Below the pieces are notes generated by a model, which saw nothing but the letters and a program-made list of their open reading frames with translations, was not told where the DNA came from and made no database searches. 64,000 nt of DNA from an uncultured Gemmatimonadales bacterium (lineage in GTDB: Bacteria > Gemmatimonadota > Gemmatimonadetes > Longimicrobiales > RSA9): assembly GCA_963741945.1 (NCBI GenBank), contig CAVUKA010000007.1, forward strand, positions 1-64,000, written 5' to 3'. Shown here piece after piece: positions 42,374 through 50,391 of the stretch. Within the stretch, counting starts at the first letter, position 1. Each line of letters opens with the position of its first letter. The position numbers were made by a program, and so were the translations under genes.

Positions 42374-43551
42374 CGTGGCCTCCCTTCAGGAGCATCATCG
42401 AGGTGGTTGACCAGCCGGACCGCGGCGTTGTGGGTGAGTGTGAAATGCCCTGCCGTGAGCACGACCTCACCCGGCTCCACCACTTCCGTACCGCGGCCGG
42501 GGACCAGCTCGACGAGATCCGTCCCCTCTCTGCCGATCGTGATGAACCGCCACTTCGCGCGGCCGTTCTCGTACACGAACACCAGAGTGCGGCGGTCCCG
42601 CTCCAGAATGGCGGAACGGGGGATGAGGACGCGGTCGGGCAGGCGCTCCGACTCCAGCTCCACCCGCGCATACATCCCCGGGAGAATGCTGCCGTCGGCG
42701 TTGGACGCCACCACCGTCACCCGCGCCATTCGCGTCCGTTCATCCACGACCGGGTTGATGCTGCGGATCGTGCCGGTGTACGTCTCGTCCGGGAATGCGG
42801 CAAACTGGATTTCGGCCCTGCCACCCGGCACCAGGTGAGCCAGCTCTCCCTCCAACACGTCCACATGAACCAGGATCGGGTCCGCGGCCACCACCGTCAT
42901 GAGCTCCGCGCCCGCGGACACCTGCTCACCGGACACCACGCGGACAGAGGCCACCCGCCCCGAAAACGGGGCACGGGCTCGTGCCCGCTCCAGATCCAGC
43001 CGCACCTTCCGCAGCCGGATCTCCGCCCTGTCCAGACCGCTCCGAAGACGCGCGGCCAGCGCGCGCTCCCGCCGCACGGCGGGCATCAGCGAATCATCGA
43101 AGAGCAGCTGCTCGCGGTACCTCGCTTCCGCTTCGCGACGGGCGGCATCCGCATCCGCGACGGCCAGCCACAGGTCCGCCGTATCGGAGACCGCGAGGAG
43201 CCCGCCGACCGCCACCCGGTCTCCATCCTGCACCGGCACCGCCGTCAGGCGGCCGCCGATCTCCGCCAGGACCGCCGCCCGCTTCCATGCCGCGGCTTGA
43301 CCCGACGCGCCGACCGTGAGCACGAGTGTGTCCCGCAGCACCCGCACGCCTTCCACCGGCATCGCCGCTTCCCCCGAGAACGGGACCGAACCGAGGTCTT
43401 CCCCGGCCCCCGCTGCCGCGGTCCGCGTCAGGGCGCGACCGTCGGAGGGGTCGGACGTCCGTGCGCACGCCCGGGCACCGCCCGCCACAACCACGACCAC
43501 AACCACGAGAGCGCCGACCGCCGAGACAATGACTCGACTCGAGAACACCAT
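42370..43551 (-). CDS. RND periplasmic adaptor (MFP)
   Basis: N-terminal TM, RAPFSGRV lipoyl-like hairpin, INPVVDERTR, LPGMYARV. Confidence 0.9.
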   Translation of the reverse strand: MVFSSRVIVSAVGALVVVVVVVAGGARACARTSDPSDGRALTRTAAAGAGEDLGSVPFSGEAAMPVEGVRVLRDTLVLTVGASGQAAAWKRAAVLAEIGGRLTAVPVQDGDRVAVGGLLAVSDTADLWLAVADADAARREAEARYREQLLFDDSLMPAVRRERALAARLRSGLDRAEIRLRKVRLDLERARARAPFSGRVASVRVVSGEQVSAGAELMTVVAADPILVHVDVLEGELAHLVPGGRAEIQFAAFPDETYTGTIRSINPVVDERTRMARVTVVASNADGSILPGMYARVELESERLPDRVLIPRSAILERDRRTLVFVYENGRAKWRFITIGREGTDLVELVPGRGTEVVEPGEVVLTAGHFTLTHNAAVRLVNHLDDAPEGRPR

Positions 43552-43698
43552 GGCCGGACTGTGTCCACTGGTGTGAGAGAACAGAGCGATGGCCGGCCCG
43601 CAGCCGCGGGTCCAGCGCCGAGCGCCCCCATGGTAGTGGCCGTTTCGGGGCGTTCCAATGACGGAACGAGACAGGCGCTTCAGGTCAGCGCCCGGAGT

Positions 43699-43956
43699 TC
43701 AGCGTCCGGAGTCCCTGCGCTTCAGGAGGGCCTGACGGAGGCGCTCGACCGCAGTCTGCTCACGCGCGTGCTGCCTGAGCAGGATCGTGGCGGCTTCATC
43801 CCTGCCGTTCGCCTGAGCTTCGGCGATGAGCCTGCGGTAGCGGGCAAGCGCGTCGACGTGCTCGTCGAGCTCCCGCTCGAGTGGGTCCTGGGCGAGGTCG
43901 TGACGATCGGCCTGCTCCCAGAAAAGGTCCAGACCGGAATTCCGTGGCTGTTCCAT
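43699..43956 (-). CDS. Small helical hypothetical protein (85 aa)
   Basis: GGGGAG RBS before the ATG at 43956; amphipathic helices with GC-skewed third positions. Confidence 0.6.
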   Translation of the reverse strand: MEQPRNSGLDLFWEQADRHDLAQDPLERELDEHVDALARYRRLIAEAQANGRDEAATILLRQHAREQTAVERLRQALLKRRDSGR

Positions 43957-44039
43957 CTTGAGCTCCCCATGCCGGCGGAGAATGAATCGGACGGGTCGAG
44001 GCGCCGGAAGCCCGGTCGCCGCCGGTCGGGTTCCGGAGT

Positions 44040-44055
44040 TGCAAGGGGCATTCCT
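44040..44055 (-). promoter_or_regulatory. Possible sigma54 (-24/-12) promoter
   Basis: AGGAATG-CCCC-TTGCA (GG-N10-GC spacing), ~85 nt upstream of the ATG at 43956. Confidence 0.35.
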
Positions 44056-44237
44056 GCATTCTGCGAACGAGCGCACTCGTTGCGCCGGCGCCGGGGGAAG
44101 CCTAGCGTTCCGCCCGGGCACCACCACCAAACCAGGAGAGTGCGCGTGAAGCGGACACCCGCAAGCCACGCCGGCCTTCGGGCGACCGTGGCTCCCTTCC
44201 ACACCGCCCCGCCCATACCCGCCGGCGGCCTCGCCCC

Positions 44238-45308
44238 GTGATCCCCGCTCCGTTCGTCGCGGCCCCTGCCCGGGCGCTCGCCCAGGACTCGCTTCTCAGG
44301 AGCGTGCAGGAGGTCAGCGATTCGGCGGTGACCAGCCTGACCGGGGCGGTGTCCCAGTGGACGCACCTGGCGCCGGAAACGCAGTTCCAGGTGTTCCGCT
44401 CCCTGGTCCTCATCGCGCTCATTGTCCTGGTGCGAGCCATCGCCCTTCGCGTCATGCGGGCCCGCGTGCAGGACATCCGCTCGCGCTACAAGTGGCGGAA
44501 GACGCTGACGTACATCGCGGCCGCGGTCGGATTCCTCATGGTCGGCCGCATATGGTTCGAAGGGGTGCGCGACGTGGCCACCTTCCTCGGGCTCCTCTCG
44601 GCCGGCCTCGCCATCGCGCTGAAGGACCCGATCGTGAACATGGGCGGCTGGCTGTTCATCATCTGGCGCCGCCCGTTCGTGGTGGGCGATCGCATCCAGA
44701 TCGGTGACCATGCCGGCGATGTCATCGATCAGAGGATCTTCCAGATCATCCTGCTGGAGATCGGGAACTGGGTGGACGCCGACCAGAGCACCGGACGCCT
44801 GATCCACATCCCGAACGGCCTCATCTTCCGTGAGCCCCTGGCCAATTACACTCGCGGCATGCAGTACATCTGGAACGAAGTGGGCGTGCTGGTCACCTTC
44901 GAGAGTGACTGGCGGAAGGCCAAGAAGATCCTTTCGGAGACGGTCGAGCGCCACGCCCAGGAGGTGGTCGAGGAAGCCGAGCAGCAGATGCTGAAGGCCA
45001 GCCGACAGTTCATGATCTTCTACTCCACCCTGACCCCGACCGTCTACACGACCGTGAAGGAGAGCGGGATCCTTCTCACCATGCGATTCCTCTGTCATCC
45101 GCGCCGGAGGCGGGGGACCGAGCAGGCCATTTGGGAAGACGTACTTGCCGCGTTCGAGCGTGAGGACCAGATTGACTTCGCTTACCCCACCATTCGCACG
45201 TACCACAACGCGGTGGAAGGGAAGCCGGGGACCCGATCCCCGACCGATTCCGCACGCGGGGCATACGGCCCGCTGCCGCACCCCGACCGTGCGAATGAGA
45301 CTCCATGA
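44238..45308 (+). CDS. MscS-family mechanosensitive channel
   Basis: TM3 LGLLSAGLAIALKD, RPFVVGDRIQIG, IHIPNGLIF..P.ANY. Confidence 0.9.
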   Translation: MIPAPFVAAPARALAQDSLLRSVQEVSDSAVTSLTGAVSQWTHLAPETQFQVFRSLVLIALIVLVRAIALRVMRARVQDIRSRYKWRKTLTYIAAAVGFLMVGRIWFEGVRDVATFLGLLSAGLAIALKDPIVNMGGWLFIIWRRPFVVGDRIQIGDHAGDVIDQRIFQIILLEIGNWVDADQSTGRLIHIPNGLIFREPLANYTRGMQYIWNEVGVLVTFESDWRKAKKILSETVERHAQEVVEEAEQQMLKASRQFMIFYSTLTPTVYTTVKESGILLTMRFLCHPRRRRGTEQAIWEDVLAAFEREDQIDFAYPTIRTYHNAVEGKPGTRSPTDSARGAYGPLPHPDRANETP

Positions 45309-45321
45309 AAAGGATGAGCGC

Positions 45322-45543
45322 ATGAGCAAGAAGCTGCTGGCCCTCGGGATGATCATCGGTTTGGTCGCCGCTTGCGGCGGCAATGACAACGAGACGGAGA
45401 TGAACGAGGGCGCCGGAGTCGAAACGCCCGCCCCGGCCGTGATGCCCGCCGACACCATGAACATGGATACCATGGGCATGGACACCATGGGCATGGACAC
45501 CATGCCGGAGCCCATGACGGAGCAGGATTCCGCCGGCATGTAG
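45322..45543 (+). CDS. Small Met-rich lipoprotein (73 aa)
   Basis: MSKKLLALGMIIGLVAAC lipobox; DTMNM-DTMGM-DTMGM-DTM repeats. Confidence 0.8.
   Translation: MSKKLLALGMIIGLVAACGGNDNETEMNEGAGVETPAPAVMPADTMNMDTMGMDTMGMDTMPEPMTEQDSAGM
45451..45504 (+). repeat. 15-bp tandem repeat (~3.6 copies)
   Basis: gacaccatgaacatg / gataccatgggcatg / gacaccatgggcatg / gacaccatg. Confidence 0.85.
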
Positions 45544-45644
45544 GCACACGCGGCGTAGCGCGCATCCTCGCGCCGGGCTTCCCGCGGCAGCAGCCGGGAG
45601 CCCGGCGCGGCGTGCGCACGGCCACCGCGGCGCGACCGCGGTCG

Positions 45645-46334
45645 CTACCCGGGAAGGCCCCACTCCACCGGGGCACGCCCTCCCTCCCTCAGCAGCGCAT
45701 TCGCGCGCGAGAAGATCCGACTGCCGAAAAAGCCCCGGTGTGCGGACAGCGGCGACGGATGCGGGGCTTCGACAACGGCGTGTCGACCGCCATCCACCCT
45801 CTCCGCCTTCTTCTGCGCTTCGCCGCCCAGCAGGAGGAAGACCACGCGGCTTCGCTTGGCGTTCACGCGCTCGATCACCGCATCCGTGAACTGCTCCCAG
45901 CCATGCCCGGCATGCGACCCCGGACTCCCCTTCCGCACCGTCAGCACGGTATTGAGCAGCAGCACACCCCGGCGCGCCCACGGCACCAGAGAGCCGCCCG
46001 CGGGAGCGGGCACCCCCAGGTCCTCACGCAGCTCGCGAAGCAGGTTCCTCAAGGAGGGGGGCGGTGCCACACCAGGCGGCACCGAAAAGGCAAGGCCGTG
46101 TGCCTGCCCCGGGCCGTGGTACGGGTCCTGGCCGAGAAGCACCACGCGCACGGCCCGACACGGCGTGAGGACGAGGGCCTTGAAAACGTCCCCGGGCGGC
46201 GGATAGACCGCGCCCGCGATCCGCTCCCCCGCCACGAAATCCTCCAGCTCCCGGAAGTACGCCTTGTCCCGCTCCCCCGAGAGGCGAGGCCATCCTCGCG
46301 GAATCGGGGGGAACGGCGCAGGCGCTCCCGCCAT
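45645..46334 (-). CDS. ung: Uracil-DNA glycosylase (family 1)
   Basis: LGQDPYHG, GLAFSV, PPSLRN, GVLLLNTVLTV, HPSPLSA. Confidence 0.95.
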   Translation of the reverse strand: MAGAPAPFPPIPRGWPRLSGERDKAYFRELEDFVAGERIAGAVYPPPGDVFKALVLTPCRAVRVVLLGQDPYHGPGQAHGLAFSVPPGVAPPPSLRNLLRELREDLGVPAPAGGSLVPWARRGVLLLNTVLTVRKGSPGSHAGHGWEQFTDAVIERVNAKRSRVVFLLLGGEAQKKAERVDGGRHAVVEAPHPSPLSAHRGFFGSRIFSRANALLREGGRAPVEWGLPG

Positions 46335-46810
46335 CAACCGGAGCGTTCCAGGAATGTCGAGGGCATCGGGACGGCCACCACTTCGCCGCGCACCGTCAGT
46401 GTTCCACCGGCGCGGACTTCCACGCCCACCCGGATCTTTCGGTCGCTCACGTCCCGGGGCACGGCGCGCAGCTCCAGCTCGGGCCCCAGCGGGGTGGGCG
46501 CCAGGAAGTCCACGTGCAGCGCGGCCGTCACATAGCGAGGCGACGGCGAGACCCCGACCGCGCCGCCGGAACGCTCGAGCGCGATCGCGGCCGCCGTTCC
46601 GATTCCGTGACAGTCCACGAGCGAAGCGATCAGACCGCCGTAAACGTAGCCGGGAATGGCAATGTGGTGGGCGGACGGACGGAATCGGGCTTCCCCTGCA
46701 CCGTCCCGCCAGATCGTACGGACATGGAGCCCGTCCGCGTTCAGGCGGCCACAGCCGTAACAGTGGGCGACGTCGTCCGGATAGCGGTCCTGGACGGCAG
46801 CGTCCGCCAT
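46334..46810 (-). CDS. PaaI/hotdog-fold thioesterase
   Basis: HCYGCG..N..GL, GYVYGGLIASLVDCH, YVTAALHVDFLAPTP. Confidence 0.88.
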   Translation of the reverse strand: MADAAVQDRYPDDVAHCYGCGRLNADGLHVRTIWRDGAGEARFRPSAHHIAIPGYVYGGLIASLVDCHGIGTAAAIALERSGGAVGVSPSPRYVTAALHVDFLAPTPLGPELELRAVPRDVSDRKIRVGVEVRAGGTLTVRGEVVAVPMPSTFLERSG

Positions 46811-47436
46811 CACTCCGCCGCCACGTCCCGCTCCGCCGCGCCGCCGGCCCCCGCATGCTCGTCCGAGCGCTCGCCGTAGAGCTCGGCGGCCACAACGCAC
46901 TCCCGACCCAGCACGTCGCGCATCACGCACCCCGTGCGGAAATGAATTCCGCACCGGAGGCACCGCTCGTTCCCCGCGTCGCCCAGCGACAGGAGCCGAA
47001 CCGAGAGATCATCGAGAAGCGCGGCTGTCTCCCGCAGCCGCTCTTCCGGGAAATCCCCCAGCAGTCGCAGCAGCGCACGGTTCCGCGCCACCGAAAAGTC
47101 CGCCAGCAGGCGCTCGCTCGCCTCGGTGAGCTTCAGGTCCACGGCACGCCGGTCCTGCTTCGAAACGGTGCGGTCCACCAGACCCCGCTGCACCAGGCGG
47201 TCCACGGCACGACTCGCCGCGGCGTTCGTCACACCCAGGAAATCCGCAATGTCCGTAACCTTGAAGCGCTGACCCGGGCGCGAGATCAGCATCAGGAGCT
47301 TCACCTGCGACATCGCCAGCGACTCCTCCGTCGCTTCCCCCAGCGTCCCCTCCAGCAGCTCGCTCACCGCCGAGCAGAACACGTGCGACGCCCCCATGAC
47401 GTCGCGGATCAGTTCGATCTTTTCCCTCTCGTCCAT
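46810..47436 (-). CDS. MarR-family regulator with C-terminal four-Cys motif
   Basis: wHTH DIADFLGVTNAAASRAVDRLV.RGLV, DRRAV.LKLT; CLRC-x7-C-x9-C tail. Confidence 0.88.
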   Translation of the reverse strand: MDEREKIELIRDVMGASHVFCSAVSELLEGTLGEATEESLAMSQVKLLMLISRPGQRFKVTDIADFLGVTNAAASRAVDRLVQRGLVDRTVSKQDRRAVDLKLTEASERLLADFSVARNRALLRLLGDFPEERLRETAALLDDLSVRLLSLGDAGNERCLRCGIHFRTGCVMRDVLGRECVVAAELYGERSDEHAGAGGAAERDVAAE

Positions 47437-47561
47437 CGATCTCTTCGCTCGGGGAACCCTGCCCTTCCGGGCGGGCGGAACCGCCATTGCTTGCGCCCGT
47501 GAATAGTAAACGCGGCGCAGCGATCCTGCCAAGCGCCCTCTTCTTGCACAACTGATTGATC

Positions 47562-47579
47562 CGGGTTAACATTAACCCG
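47562..47579. promoter_or_regulatory. Palindromic operator candidate (probably for the MarR)
   Basis: CGGGTTAA-CA-TTAACCCG: perfect 8-bp inverted repeat in the AT-rich divergent intergenic region. Confidence 0.6.
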
Positions 47580-47616
47580 CGTAACACAGGCGTGGTCCGT
47601 CCCGGAGCCCGAAGCC

Positions 47617-47835
47617 ATGCGGAACAAGCCCGCACACCCCAGGAGAGCAGGCGAGCCGTGGGTCGCGGACGCCATGTGGGATGAGCTCTCGCACGCGCTC
47701 ATGGAGGCGCTCTACGAGCTCGAGATGGTGCCGGACGACCAGGACGCTGCCCTGGTGAGGCTATACGCTGTGATGGACGACCTGCAAGCCGCTCTCCGCC
47801 GTACGGAGGCGATGGACATGCTTCGCAGCGCCTAG
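47617..47835 (+). CDS. Small acidic helical hypothetical protein (start uncertain)
   Basis: Coding-like codon bias (WDELSHALMEALYELE...); divergent from marR; followed by a terminator. Confidence 0.55.
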   Translation: MRNKPAHPRRAGEPWVADAMWDELSHALMEALYELEMVPDDQDAALVRLYAVMDDLQAALRRTEAMDMLRSA

Positions 47836-47899
47836 GCGCGGGAGCATCCGGCGGAAGACTTGCGGGTACCGTGCCCTAGACCCCCGGGGCCGTCCGTCT

Positions 47900-47948
47900 A
47901 CGAGCCGGTGGAGGTTGGTCCCCCCAACCTGTGCCGGCTCGTTTCTTT
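47900..47948 (+). terminator. Intrinsic terminator
   Basis: ACGAGCCGG..AGGTTGG tccc CCAACCT..CCGGCTCGT hairpin followed by TTCTTT. Confidence 0.65.
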
Positions 47949-47990
47949 CCCACCGCCAGGCTCCTCCATGCGCGACCCGCGCCCCCGCGG

Positions 47991-48098
47991 CTCCGGCTGC
48001 CTCCGCCCTCGCATTTCCATTGGTTGTCATGTACATTATTTGACGGGGGTCACTGTTTACTGGCCTAACCAATGGGCGGGGGCGGCCGCGGCACGGAG
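47991..48098 (+). other. ~108-nt imperfect long hairpin (candidate cis-regulatory RNA or ncRNA)
   Basis: Nested pairings CTCCG/CGGAG, GCTGC/GCGGC, CCGCCCTCGC/GCGGGGGCGG, CCATTGGTT/AACCAATGG, GTCA/TGGC, TGAC/GTCA. Confidence 0.5.
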
Positions 48099-48113
48099 AA
48101 GAAGGAGGGAACG

Positions 48114-48224
48114 ATGGGATACGCACTGTGGCTGGTGCTGGTGATCGTCCTCCTGGGAGCCGAGCGGCTAATGCAGGCGCGGCGCGAGCACGCGCACGAT
48201 CGAGAAGCCACCCGGCGCTCATAG
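48114..48224 (+). CDS. 36-aa single-TM small protein (below the ORF-track cutoff)
   Basis: AAGGAGG RBS; MGYALWLVLVIVLLGAERLMQARREHAHDREATRRS. Confidence 0.6.
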   Translation: MGYALWLVLVIVLLGAERLMQARREHAHDREATRRS

Positions 48225-48545
48225 GAGCGACGCGGAGAGGACCCGATTGAAGGAGGCGGACTCGGGCGCCAGCAACGCCTGAGGTCCGGTTCTGGATAGA
48301 TCCGGCGGTCTCGTCCGGTGGCTCGGGCGAGACCGTCCGTGCATCGGGGCGGCTCCCTCGATTCGGCATGAAGAAGCCCCGCTCCGCCCCGCCTCGCCGC
48401 CCGGCATTCCACCACGCGCTCGTCGGTCCTCCATCGTCCTGGGCGTGGGCGTCGTCGCCATCGCTCGGCCATCGCTCACGTGGGAGCCCGGCCCGGCCCT
48501 TGCGCGTTCCGCCGCTGCAGCGCGCTCGGAGCCGGAGCGAGGAGA

Positions 48546-49499
48546 ATGGGGAAGAAGGATTCGGCAGGCAGCAGGGTGGTAGTCATCGCGGCGATGATCG
48601 CCAACGGGGTCATCGCGGTGGCGAAGTTCGGCGCGGCGATGCTGACAGGGAGCTCGGCGCTGATGTCGGAGGGGATGCACTCGGTGGCCGACACCGGCAA
48701 CGAGGCGCTCCTTCTCCTGGGACAGAAGCGGGCGAAAAGACCGCCGGACGACTCCCATCCCTTCGGATACGGTCAGGAGCTGTACTTCTGGAGCCTGATC
48801 GTGGCCGCGGTGCTGTTCGGTCTCGGAGGCGGGCTCAGCGTGTATGAAGGCATCCATGCCATCACGCACGTGGAGCCACTTCGGGATCCCATGTGGAACT
48901 ACATCGTGCTGGGCGTGGCGTTCGTGGCGGAGGGGACCTCGTGGACCGTGGCGCTGCGGCACTTCCGCCGTCGGCATCGCGGCGAGCCCTTCCTCCAGGC
49001 GTTCCGCGCCAGCAAGGACCCGGGACTCTACATCCCGCTGGCGGAGGACACGGCGGCGCTGGCCGGCATACTGGTGGCCACGACCGGGGTGCTCTTCTCA
49101 CACCTGTTCGGACTTCCCTTCCTGGATGGCGCCGCTTCCATCGTCATCGGAGTGATCCTGGGCAGTGTGGCGATGTTCCTGGCATGGGAAACGCGCGGGC
49201 TGCTGGTGGGTGAGGCAGCGGAGCCGGGCATCCGTCGAACCATCGAGCGAGTGCTGGAAGAGGAGCCGACGGTGCTCTCGGTCGAGCACGTCATGACCAT
49301 GTACCTCTCGCCCGATGAGATCCTCCTCAACCTGGGACTGCGCTTCCACGACGACGGAAACGGATCCAACGCCCGGGCGGATCGCGTCAACCGGATCGAG
49401 CGACGGCTGCGGGAGGCGGATCCCCGGATCAACCGCATCTTCGTGGAGCCGGAGGGGCCCGAAGAAGCGTCCAACCACTCGCTCGAGCCACCCGTTTGA
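48546..49499 (+). CDS. Cation diffusion facilitator family transporter
   Basis: SEGMHSVADTGNE, HPFGYGQE, AEDTAAL, DGAASI; C-terminal dimerisation domain. Confidence 0.92.
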   Translation: MGKKDSAGSRVVVIAAMIANGVIAVAKFGAAMLTGSSALMSEGMHSVADTGNEALLLLGQKRAKRPPDDSHPFGYGQELYFWSLIVAAVLFGLGGGLSVYEGIHAITHVEPLRDPMWNYIVLGVAFVAEGTSWTVALRHFRRRHRGEPFLQAFRASKDPGLYIPLAEDTAALAGILVATTGVLFSHLFGLPFLDGAASIVIGVILGSVAMFLAWETRGLLVGEAAEPGIRRTIERVLEEEPTVLSVEHVMTMYLSPDEILLNLGLRFHDDGNGSNARADRVNRIERRLREADPRINRIFVEPEGPEEASNHSLEPPV

Positions 49500-49630
49500 C
49501 ACGATCCGTTGGCATCCGGCATCGGAGCCCGCTCCCAGGACACCCATTGCGGGCCGCCTTCTTGCGTGACAGGTTGCGCTTTTCCCGCCCCGGCGCGGGA
49601 TCGGAGTCACACGTTCGCCGAGGTGAGTAG

Positions 49631-50269
49631 ATGATGACACGGAAGACGACGATCGCGGCAACGCTCCTGTTGGCATCGCTGGCCGCGACGGCCTGCGCCA
49701 CCAAGGGGGCGCTTCGCGATGCAGTGAGCCAGCAGCAGGCGGCGCTCGAGGCAGGGCTCCAGACAGAGCGCTCGGCGCGCATGGCCGCGGACCAGCAGCT
49801 GCAGAACGAGCTGGCACAGCTCCGGGCCGATCTGGAGTCGCTGCGTACCGACTTCAATGCCAAGATCGAGGCCGTTGCCCAGGGACTGCAGTTCGTGCTG
49901 CCCGTTCACTTCGCGTTCAACGAGGCGGAGGTTCGCCCGATGGACGACGCCGCGCTCGAGCGGTTCGCTTCCATCGTGAACAAGCACTATTCCGGCGCGA
50001 CGGTGACGGTCGAAGGCTTCACGGATCCCGCGGGCTCCGCCGCGTACAACAAGCGGCTGTCGCAGAAGCGTGCCGAAGCGGTGCGTGACCGGCTGATGCA
50101 GGGCGGAATCCAGGCGCAGTTGCGCGCCGTAGGCTATGGCGAGAACCGGCTGGTGGTGCCAGGGGCGACGAAGGACGAAGCGGGAGCCGAGCTGAACCGC
50201 CGCGTCGTCTTCGTGATCGAGACCCCGGGACAGGCCGGCTCCATGGCGGCCTCGCAGCCCGGGGGCTGA
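49631..50269 (+). CDS. OmpA-domain lipoprotein with coiled-coil linker
   Basis: Lipobox ATAC; VHFAFN, VEGFTD..GS..YN..LS..RA, GYGE, NRRV. Confidence 0.9.
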   Translation: MMTRKTTIAATLLLASLAATACATKGALRDAVSQQQAALEAGLQTERSARMAADQQLQNELAQLRADLESLRTDFNAKIEAVAQGLQFVLPVHFAFNEAEVRPMDDAALERFASIVNKHYSGATVTVEGFTDPAGSAAYNKRLSQKRAEAVRDRLMQGGIQAQLRAVGYGENRLVVPGATKDEAGAELNRRVVFVIETPGQAGSMAASQPGG

Positions 50270-50391
50270 TCCAGAGGGAAGAACTGCGACGGGGCTCCGG
50301 CGGCGGCCGGGGCCCCGTGCACCACTGCCGGCGCGGCGACCGCGCGCACGGACGATCCCATTTTCAGGCATGACCGGACAGGGCCCTGACC

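Noticed and set aside
16465-45504. CRISPR arrays at the two tandem repeats
   Set aside because: Both are spacerless in-frame coding repeats (18 and 15 bp), and no cas genes are present.
48017-48075. Integron attC site (GCCTAAC and GTT present)
   Set aside because: The boxes occur as GTT...AAC, the reverse of attC order (RYYYAAC...GTTRRRY), and no integrase or cassette array is present.
50270-50391. Moco riboswitch or terminator before the molybdate transporter
   Set aside because: Only a single GC hairpin (~50290-50318) without a U-tract; no recognisable riboswitch consensus by eye.
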